32,000 bases of DNA from Ignicoccus hospitalis KIN4/I. GTDB lineage: Archaea; Thermoproteota; Thermoprotei_A; Sulfolobales; Ignicoccaceae. The translations under genes were made by a program, and so were the position numbers. The stretch spans positions 960,001-992,000 of the forward strand of contig NC_009776.1 in assembly GCF_000017945.1 (NCBI RefSeq). Reading direction: 5' to 3'. The notes under the pieces were generated by a model, which worked only from the letters and a program-made list of their open reading frames with translations, was not told the DNA's origin and made no database searches. How positions within the stretch are numbered: the stretch's first letter is position 1; each line of letters opens with the position of its first letter. Shown here in pieces: positions 25,915-32,000 of this stretch.

Positions 25915-26229
25915 ATGACCCTACCCAAGGACGAAGAGAGCATGATGAAGATCCAAGAAGAGATAGAGATGGAACACGCTCACGAGCACCACCACCATCA
26001 CCATCATCACCACCACGACATAAACGAGGTCTTGGTCTACATATTGGAGACTTTGGAGGACTTGAAAGAGAGGGTTAAGAGGTGCGAACAGAACGTGGAC
26101 TCCTTACAGAACGACGTTAGGACCCTATACAAGACCGCAGTGTTCACCTTGAGGGCTATAATGAGCGAGGGGGACGAGCGGAAGGAAGCCTTGGAGGACG
26201 CGTTGAAAGCCTTGGAGAAGAAGATATGA
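25915..26229 (+). CDS. histidine-tract coiled-coil protein (hypothetical)
   Basis: ATG 25915 is preceded by GGAAGGAGGAGG; the track ORF begins at TTG 25900. It encodes ...MEHAHEHHHHHHHHHHD... followed by about 65 aa of heptad-like Glu/Lys/Leu-rich sequence. Confidence 0.6.
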   Translation: MTLPKDEESMMKIQEEIEMEHAHEHHHHHHHHHHDINEVLVYILETLEDLKERVKRCEQNVDSLQNDVRTLYKTAVFTLRAIMSEGDERKEALEDALKALEKKI

Positions 26230-26285
26230 GTCGGACTGCCACCGTACAGCTCACCGCTCGCTGAGGGGGCTATTTCTTCATCCCC
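26228..26285 (-). ncRNA. candidate box C/D sRNA (sR-e)
   Basis: Read on the minus strand. Stem GGG 26285-26283 pairs with CUC 26230-26228 (one G:U). C box AUGAAGA 26281-26275 lies in the last codons of the ZPR1 gene; 13-nt spacer; D' GCGA 26261-26258; linker GCG; C' GUGAGCU 26254-26248; 13-nt spacer; D CCGA 26234-26231. The C'/D' pair gives G:A, A:G, G-C, C-G. Confidence 0.5.
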
Positions 26286-26848
26286 TCCTCGCTCCTCTTG
26301 ACCTCCTCTTTGGCCTTTTCGCTCGCTATCTTGCTGTGCCCTTCCGGGTCCCTTATTATTATAGTGAACTTCCTCTTCCCTTCTAACATCTCCTTAAGAA
26401 CTTCTAACCTCTTCTCGCACTCGGCCTTCTCCTTCTCGTCGTGGGCGTCCTTGCACAAGTACTCTATTATGTCCTTGAACCTCTGCAACACGCCCTCCAC
26501 GGTGGTCAAGAAGCCTTGGGACGCCGGCCCCGGGGTGAGCTCCGCTTGGAGCTCCGGTATCTCCAAGCTCGCGGTTGAGGAGCGGAGGACCAAAGTGTTT
26601 AGGTCCTTCTCGTCCTCCACTTTGAACTCTATTTTCTGGTCGCCCTTGGACTCCCAAGTTCTTATGTCTACGAACTTGTACCCGCACTCCGAGCACTTGC
26701 CCACCACCATTATTACTGGGCCTATCATCGGCATGTCGTAAGAGTATATGCTCACCTTCATGCTCTCCTTGCCGCACACCGGGCACTTGACCACTTCCTC
26801 CCTCAACAGCTTCACGCTAGCGCCCTCGGGGAGCTCCAACCCGTCCAA
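26270..26848 (-). CDS. ZPR1-type zinc finger protein
   Basis: 192 aa. CPVCG...28 aa...CSECG zinc ribbon, followed by the ZPR1 beta-domain pattern (LNTLVLRSSTASLEIPEL...GFLTTVEGVL). Confidence 0.85.
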   Translation of the reverse strand: MDGLELPEGASVKLLREEVVKCPVCGKESMKVSIYSYDMPMIGPVIMVVGKCSECGYKFVDIRTWESKGDQKIEFKVEDEKDLNTLVLRSSTASLEIPELQAELTPGPASQGFLTTVEGVLQRFKDIIEYLCKDAHDEKEKAECEKRLEVLKEMLEGKRKFTIIIRDPEGHSKIASEKAKEEVKRSEEGMKK

Positions 26849-26895
26849 CCCCAGCCGGGCGACCCATGGGAGGTATTGAGTGGAGGGCGGTGCCC

Positions 26896-26903
26896 TTATT
26901 TTT
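26896..26903 (+). promoter_or_regulatory. TATA-like box TTATTTTT for rpl44e
   Basis: It lies about 32-39 nt upstream of GTG 26935. GGGGAGG SD-like sequence lies in between. Confidence 0.4.
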
Positions 26904-26934
26904 CGCTCCCGCTTGGGGCCCTCGGGGAGGAAGA

Positions 26935-27210
26935 GTGAAGGTCCCCAAGGAGATAGTTAGGTACTGTCCGCGCTGTAAGACCCACACGCCCCACGCGGTG
27001 AGCTTGTACAAGCACGGCAAGAGGAGGGCGCTGGCCCAAGGAGAGAGGAGGTACAGGAGGAAGCAAGAGGGTTACGGCTCCCAGAGGAAGCCGGAGCAGA
27101 AGAGGTTCGCCAAGGTCACCAAGAACCAAGTGGTAAAGCTGAGGTGCAAGAACTGCGGCTACACGCTGATGTACAACTTCGGGAGGCTCAAGAAGCTGGA
27201 GCTCGTCTGA
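26935..27210 (+). CDS. rpl44e: 50S ribosomal protein L44e (eL42)
   Basis: VKVPKEIVRYCPRCKTHTPHAV...RRKQEGYGSQRKP...LRCKNCGY is the L44e C4 zinc-ribbon pattern. The N-terminal 23 codons of the track ORF lie upstream of the TATA/SD and are probably not translated. No rps27e gene follows. Confidence 0.88.
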   Translation: MKVPKEIVRYCPRCKTHTPHAVSLYKHGKRRALAQGERRYRRKQEGYGSQRKPEQKRFAKVTKNQVVKLRCKNCGYTLMYNFGRLKKLELV

Positions 27211-28180
27211 GCGGGCACAGCGGGTCCCCCTCGAACCCTGCCCCGGAGGCCAGCGCCCTCGCGAAGCACCCTCCCATGCAGTTCTTGTAGTAGGGGCACT
27301 CGCACCCTCCGGGAGGGGGCGAGGAGACCCTCCTCACCAACGGGTGCCTCAAGTACTCTTCCCACACCTCTTCCAACGGCCTCCCCTTGACGTCGTTTAT
27401 CTTGAAGTCTAACACGTCGCAGAGCATGGTCCACCCGTCGGGGCCTATGTCCATGCCCGACGCCTTCCTACAGTTCCCCGCGCTCACCCTCTTGCTCTTA
27501 ACTACGTACTTCGCCCAAGGCGCGCACCACACGCTCCCCCTCATCTCGTTTTCTTCCAACGCTTCCTCAAACAACTTCAACGCGGCTACGAACTCGTCGC
27601 GACCCACGTATACTCCGTTCTTGAGGGCGTTCCCGAAGGGCATTATGGGAATTATGGCTACGTGCGAAGCCCCCAGAGCCCTCGCCGTCCTCACGAACTC
27701 GCCCACCTTGGAGTAGTTGTGTTTCCCCACCGCCATGACGAGCGCGAACTCGGCCCCGGCCTCCCTCAAGTTGTTTATCCCCCTCAAGGTGGCCTCCCAA
27801 GTGCCCTTGCCCCTCAAGAACTCGTGGGACTCCTTGTCGCCGTCCAAGGAGACGTAAGCGAAGATCCCGTTCTCGGCCATGTACCGGGCCCTCTCCTTGG
27901 TTACGAACATCCCGTTGGTCACTAAGCTGACGTCCGCCCCCCTCTGGGACAAGTCCGCTAGGACTTCGAGGACCCAAGGCTTGAAGAAGAGCAGCTCCCC
28001 TCCGCTGAAGTTAGTCCACTCCAGCCCCAAGTCCAACGCCTCCCTCATTACCCTCTCGACCTCCTCCCTCCCCACTTCCGGCCCCCACTTGGAGGGGTCT
28101 AGGAACCTCTTGGCGTAGCAGTGCTTGCAGTCCAAGTTGCACTTCCCGGTCAAGATCCATATTATGCTCCTCAGCTTCAT
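27188..28180 (-). CDS. radical SAM enzyme with a C-terminal SPASM/twitch auxiliary-cluster domain
   Basis: GKCNLDCKHCY (CxxxCxxC). The C-terminal Cys set is NCRKASGMDIGPDGWTMLC ... CECPYYKNCMGGC ... PLCP. Substrate unknown. Confidence 0.8.
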   Translation of the reverse strand: MKLRSIIWILTGKCNLDCKHCYAKRFLDPSKWGPEVGREEVERVMREALDLGLEWTNFSGGELLFFKPWVLEVLADLSQRGADVSLVTNGMFVTKERARYMAENGIFAYVSLDGDKESHEFLRGKGTWEATLRGINNLREAGAEFALVMAVGKHNYSKVGEFVRTARALGASHVAIIPIMPFGNALKNGVYVGRDEFVAALKLFEEALEENEMRGSVWCAPWAKYVVKSKRVSAGNCRKASGMDIGPDGWTMLCDVLDFKINDVKGRPLEEVWEEYLRHPLVRRVSSPPPGGCECPYYKNCMGGCFARALASGAGFEGDPLCPLRRAPAS

Positions 28181-28277
28181 TTCCGCTCCTTGTGACGGCG
28201 TCCGGAGGAGGATTAATGAAGCGGGGACAACACGCTTCTAACCTTCCCCCGGCGCCGCGCAGCCCGGGTCCGAGATT

Positions 28278-29612
28278 TTGGAATACGACGCCGTCGTAGT
28301 GGGCGCGGGGACCACCGGGCTGGTGGCCGCCAAGTTCCTAGCCGAGGCCGGCTACAAGGTCCTAGTGGTGGAGCTCAAGGCCGAGGAGGAGGTGGGCACC
28401 AAGGTCTGCGGGGACGCGATAAGCAAGGAGTACTTCGAGAAGATTCCCATAGGCAACCCCCCGGAGGAGGCGGTGGACGGGAACATAGTGGGGGCCAAGA
28501 TATACTCCCCGGACGAGGAGACCGTGTGGACCGTCCCCGGAGAGGGCTACATGCTCAACAGGAAGAAGTTCGGAGAGTGGTTGTATAACATGGCTAAGGA
28601 GGCGGGCGCGGAGTTCTCCTTCAAGACCCGCGCTCTAGGCCCCGTGGTGAAGGACAACAAAGTCGTCGGCTTGACCGTTCGCAAGGACGGCAAGGTGGAG
28701 ACTGTGAGGGCGAGGCTCGTGGTGGACGCCAGCGGGGTCGCCTACGTAGTGAGGAGGGCCTTACCGAAGAGCTGGCCCGTGGCCGAGCCCTTGGACCCCA
28801 AGGACACCGCCGTGGCTTACAGAGAGATAAGGAGGATAACGACCCCCTTAGAGGACGACAAGTACATAAGGATATACGTCGGCCAGCAGAAGGCCCCGGG
28901 AGGCTACTGGTGGCTCTTCCCCTACCGCGGGGGAGCTAGGGTCAACTTGGGCCTAGGGGTACAAGGCGGGGTGGGCCACAAGGACCCCATGTGGTACTTC
29001 CACGAGTACTTGGCCCCCAGGTTCCCCGGCGAGGTGGAGCACGCCGGCGGAGGCGTTGTGCCCACGAGGAGGCCCTTGGACACCATGGTCGCCCACGGCT
29101 TCGCGACGGCCGGCGACGCGGCGTACCAAGTGAACCCCATCCACGGCGGCGGCATAGGCTCCGGCATGCTGGGGGCCTACTTGCTGGCCAAGACCGCAGT
29201 GAAGGCCCTTGAGGAGGAGCCCACAGTCGAGAACTTGTGGAAGTACAACAAGGACTTCATGGACGCTTACGGCGCGAAGCAAGCTGCCTTGGACGTCTTC
29301 CGCGTCTTCCTCCAGTCCTTGACTGACGACGAGATAAACTACGGGATGAAAAACAGAATAATAAAGGAGGAGGACTTGCTCAAGGCCTCCCTGGAGGGGG
29401 ACTTGAGGGTCTCCGCGCTGGACAAGCTGGGCAGGGTGATAAGGGCCCTCGGGAAGCCTTCCTTGCTCCCCAAGCTCAAGACCGTGGCGGAGTACATGAA
29501 GGAGGTCAAGCAGCTCTACAAGGACTACCCGGAGACCCCGGAGGGCTTCGAGGAGTGGAGGGAAAGGGTCTCGGAGACCTTCGAGCGCTATAGGAAGGAG
29601 CTGAGCAAGTAG
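28278..29612 (+). CDS. geranylgeranyl reductase family FAD-dependent oxidoreductase (digeranylgeranylglycerophospholipid reductase-like)
   Basis: 444 aa: YDAVVVGAGTTGLVAAKFLAEAGYKVLVVE (Rossmann GxGxxG), KVCGDAIS, GGYWWLFP and TAGDAAYQVNPIHGGGIG. Confidence 0.85.
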   Translation: MEYDAVVVGAGTTGLVAAKFLAEAGYKVLVVELKAEEEVGTKVCGDAISKEYFEKIPIGNPPEEAVDGNIVGAKIYSPDEETVWTVPGEGYMLNRKKFGEWLYNMAKEAGAEFSFKTRALGPVVKDNKVVGLTVRKDGKVETVRARLVVDASGVAYVVRRALPKSWPVAEPLDPKDTAVAYREIRRITTPLEDDKYIRIYVGQQKAPGGYWWLFPYRGGARVNLGLGVQGGVGHKDPMWYFHEYLAPRFPGEVEHAGGGVVPTRRPLDTMVAHGFATAGDAAYQVNPIHGGGIGSGMLGAYLLAKTAVKALEEEPTVENLWKYNKDFMDAYGAKQAALDVFRVFLQSLTDDEINYGMKNRIIKEEDLLKASLEGDLRVSALDKLGRVIRALGKPSLLPKLKTVAEYMKEVKQLYKDYPETPEGFEEWRERVSETFERYRKELSK

Positions 29613-30526
29613 CGCGCCAACTCCTTGGCCCCCTCCGGGTAGGAGGGCTTGAGCACGCCCTTAGCCCTCTCGACCGCCTCCCTCAACCCTTTCAAGTCAC
29701 TCAAAACGGCCCCTATCTTCCTAGCGTAGGGGACCGCGTTCTCCGGCGATGCCCCCCTCTTCAAGTGAGGGTTGATGACTAATACCGTGGGCTTCCCGTA
29801 GGCGAGCGCAGCCACGGCGGCCGTGGAGCCCGGGAACGTGGTCACCACCGCCGAGGCCCCCGCGAGCCACTTGTGGAACTCGAAGGAGAAGGAGAAGGCC
29901 TCCCTAACCTTCCCCTCGTACTTCTCCGGCGGCACCTTGCCGGTCTGGAGGACCGCCCGCTCCCCGAAGGCTTGGGCAGCAGCGTCGAAGAGCTCCTCGT
30001 AACCCAAGCTGCCGGCCGTCACTAAGACGTAGCCGCCGTCGTAGGGGTCGTAAAGCCTCGGCTCGTGGACGGGGCCGAACACCTTGGACCTCTTCGGGTA
30101 CGCGGCTTTCTGCTCCTCCCAGTGCAAGGCGTTCAAGTCCGAGAACGCGGAGGCGAGCTTGGCGGCTCTGGTGGGCTTGACTACGGCGTCTATAACTTCT
30201 ACGTTGACCACCTTGGCCCCCTTGAGCTTCTGCGTTATGCCGGGGACCAGGGCGAAGTTGCTCCCGTTTAAGATTACTACGTCATACTTCTTTATCTTTA
30301 ATGAGTCTATCAAGGCCTTGAGGAGCCTCCTCAAAGAGGGGCGGGCCTCGCCCACCGGCACCGGCTGTTCGGTCGAGATGACCTCTTCCGCCACCCCCCG
30401 GAACCTCCCCTCCGTCCCCTTGACCGTTAGGACGTCCGGAGGGGAGCCGAGCTCCTTGAGCCAGTAAGCTATCGCGAACGCTTGGCCCGCGTGCCCCCCG
30501 AAGCCCCCCACCACGAGGGCCTTCAA
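29588..30526 (-). CDS. GT-B glycosyltransferase of the MurG/Alg13-Alg14 type (Agl24-like candidate)
   Basis: 312 aa with an N-terminal VVGGFGGHAGQA loop (GGxGGH) and a C-terminal Glyco_tran_28_C-like half (VLVTAGSLG...VVTTFPGSTAAVAALAYGKPTVLV). The assignment to Agl24 function is inference. Confidence 0.55.
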   Translation of the reverse strand: MKALVVGGFGGHAGQAFAIAYWLKELGSPPDVLTVKGTEGRFRGVAEEVISTEQPVPVGEARPSLRRLLKALIDSLKIKKYDVVILNGSNFALVPGITQKLKGAKVVNVEVIDAVVKPTRAAKLASAFSDLNALHWEEQKAAYPKRSKVFGPVHEPRLYDPYDGGYVLVTAGSLGYEELFDAAAQAFGERAVLQTGKVPPEKYEGKVREAFSFSFEFHKWLAGASAVVTTFPGSTAAVAALAYGKPTVLVINPHLKRGASPENAVPYARKIGAVLSDLKGLREAVERAKGVLKPSYPEGAKELARYLLSSFL

Positions 30527-30539
30527 AACCGAACACCCT

Positions 30540-32000
30540 TCACTCGTGGAGGTATATCAAGTTCAAGGTGTCCTCCTCCACCCCGTCCACCTTGGCGTAG
30601 CCCTTCCTAATCAGCTGTACCCAGCCCTCCAACTTGAGGGCTTCTGGCTCCACCAAGGCAAAGGACTTCCTCTCCCCGGGCCTCCAGACTATAGCCCCCT
30701 TGGGGTCCTTGACCCACTGGACTATGTCGTAGCCCTTCTCCTTGTCCAGTTCCTTGCTCTCGAACTCGAGTAAGTAGACGCCCTCGTCCTCGTCAAAGCC
30801 CTTGTACTTGAAGTTGGCCAACTCCATGAGCCTCAGCCCGCCTCTCCTCTTCGCCCTCCTCAAGTCGGCCCTCTCCAAGTAGACCACCTCCCCGGGCTCC
30901 ACCGAGTACTTCCTAGACCCCAAGCCCTCCGTCGGGTGCCACGGGAGCTCCGCCTCCAAGGGCTCTGGGGCCAGCAGCTTGGCCGGCGCGGGGTCCTCCA
31001 CTGCCATCACCCTGTAGGCCTTCTTGTCTATCACCTTCTTGTTCTCGGCTGCTAAATTTGCGAAGCTTATGCTCGCGTCGCTGCTCTTTATCCCGACGCT
31101 CAGCATGACTTCCCTTATCGCCTCCGGGGCGAAGCCCCTCCTCCTCAGCCCCCTTATGGTCGCTGCCCTGGGGTCGTCGCCCTTGAAGCCGGCCTCCCTC
31201 ATCTTGCTCTTGGAGAGCACGAAGCCCTCGAGCTTGAGCCTCCCGAAGTGTATTACCGTAGGCATGGTCCATCCCAAGTGTTTGTACAAGAACTCTTGCT
31301 TCACCGTGTTCTGCCTGTGCTCCCTGGCCCTGAGCACGTGAGTTATGCCCATTAGGTAATCGTCCACCCCCGCGGCGAAGTTGTAGGTGGGCCACAAGAC
31401 GTACTTGTCGCCCGTTAGCGGGTGGGGGTGTTTGGAGGTGTCTATTATCCTAAACGCCACCCAGTCCCTAACCGAGGGGTCCGGGTGCCTCAAGTCGGTC
31501 TTGACCCTTACCACCGCTTCGCCCTCGCCGAACTTGCCCTCTAGCACTTGGTCGAGCAGCTCCTCTTGCTCCTCCGGAGGCAAGTCTCTGTGGGGGCAAG
31601 GCTTGCCCTCGTCCCTGAGCTTCCTCCACTCCTCCGGGGGGCAAGTGCAGACGTAAGCCCCTCCCCTCCTCACGAGCTCCCTCAAGAGCCCGTAGTAAAC
31701 CTCCATCCTCTGGGACTGGTAGTACTCCTCGTCCCACCCTATCCCCAACCAGCTCAAGTCCTCCTTTATGGCCTCGTAGGCCTCCGGCAAGGGCCTCTTG
31801 GTCCTCGGGTCCGTGTCCTCGAAGCGAAGGACGAACCTCCCCTCGTAGGCCTTGGCGTATTCGTAACTTATTATTGCGGGCCTCGCGTTCCCCAAGGTCA
31901 TGTAGAAGTCGGGGTTGGGGGCGAAGCGGGTCTTGACCTTGCCCCTCTCCGCGTTGGGGAGAGGGGGCAAGCCCTTCCTAGTCTCCTTCTTCCTCTCCTC
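30540..32000 (-). CDS. gltX: glutamyl-tRNA synthetase, archaeal type; N-terminus lies beyond the window end
   Basis: RFAPNP...LRFEDTDPRTKRP, WPTYNFAAGVDD, VLSKSKM (KMSKS-like) and a C-terminal anticodon-binding barrel. The reading frame stays open upstream of the track start (…EERKKETRKG-LPPLPNAERG) to position 32000. Confidence 0.9.
   Translation of the reverse strand, partial: EERKKETRKGLPPLPNAERGKVKTRFAPNPDFYMTLGNARPAIISYEYAKAYEGRFVLRFEDTDPRTKRPLPEAYEAIKEDLSWLGIGWDEEYYQSQRMEVYYGLLRELVRRGGAYVCTCPPEEWRKLRDEGKPCPHRDLPPEEQEELLDQVLEGKFGEGEAVVRVKTDLRHPDPSVRDWVAFRIIDTSKHPHPLTGDKYVLWPTYNFAAGVDDYLMGITHVLRAREHRQNTVKQEFLYKHLGWTMPTVIHFGRLKLEGFVLSKSKMREAGFKGDDPRAATIRGLRRRGFAPEAIREVMLSVGIKSSDASISFANLAAENKKVIDKKAYRVMAVEDPAPAKLLAPEPLEAELPWHPTEGLGSRKYSVEPGEVVYLERADLRRAKRRGGLRLMELANFKYKGFDEDEGVYLLEFESKELDKEKGYDIVQWVKDPKGAIVWRPGERKSFALVEPEALKLEGWVQLIRKGYAKVDGVEEDTLNLIYLHE

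Noticed and set aside
25966-26010. Run of CAC/CAT triplets that looks like a simple-sequence repeat.
   Set aside because: It is in frame within a well-initiated ORF and uses mixed codons. I treat it as a coding His tract, not a non-coding microsatellite or repeat array.
31968-31970. Track start codon (TTG) of the GluRS ORF.
   Set aside because: The frame stays open to the window edge, and archaeal GluRS has a substantial N-terminal region before RFAPNP. The gene is therefore 5'-truncated by the window and does not start here.
1-32000. Search for CRISPR arrays, tRNA/rRNA genes, IS elements or integrase genes, prompted by the Cas4-like gene.
   Set aside because: I saw no direct-repeat arrays, no tRNA-like GGTTCGAATCC-type arms in the intergenic gaps and no transposase or integrase-like ORFs. 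The by-eye scan is not exhaustive for short repeats.

Overview
GC-rich archaeal chromosomal segment, most likely from a hyperthermophilic crenarchaeon. Supporting this: A-type ATPase subunits E and F, topoisomerase VI subunit B, r-proteins L35Ae and L44e, a ZPR1-type zinc finger protein, archaeal-type GluRS, geranylgeranyl reductase, Glu/Lys/Arg/Val-rich proteins, frequent GTG/TTG starts and many 4-nt start/stop overlaps. The window is densely packed with about 38 protein genes, mostly housekeeping: 2-oxoacid:ferredoxin oxidoreductase, IlvB/IlvN, LeuC, GlyA, TrpB2, an FdhA-like Mo/W enzyme, a Cys/Met PLP enzyme, MTAP, an ABC-2 exporter, glycosyltransferases and two radical SAM enzymes. I found no rRNA, tRNA, CRISPR array, IS element or prophage signature. 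Most long antisense ORFs in the track are GC-driven shadow ORFs. The main result of the hunt is five elements of 58-60 nt, each placed in the gap at a gene's 3' end; four lie between convergent genes and one between two co-directional minus-strand genes. All five have full box C/D sRNA architecture (terminal stem, C, spacer, D', short linker, C', spacer, D) but non-canonical boxes. All five terminal D boxes read CCGA rather than CUGA, and the paired C-box position changes with it, preserving K-turn geometry. Secondary observations: a natural His10 coiled-coil protein; a 44-aa poly-Glu upstream ORF coupled to a GT-C glycosyltransferase; a solo Cas4-like nuclease coupled to a permease; TrpB2 coupled to a Cys-type formate-dehydrogenase-like enzyme; a GC hairpin sequestering an SD sequence; and a GluRS with no histidine in its HIGH region.
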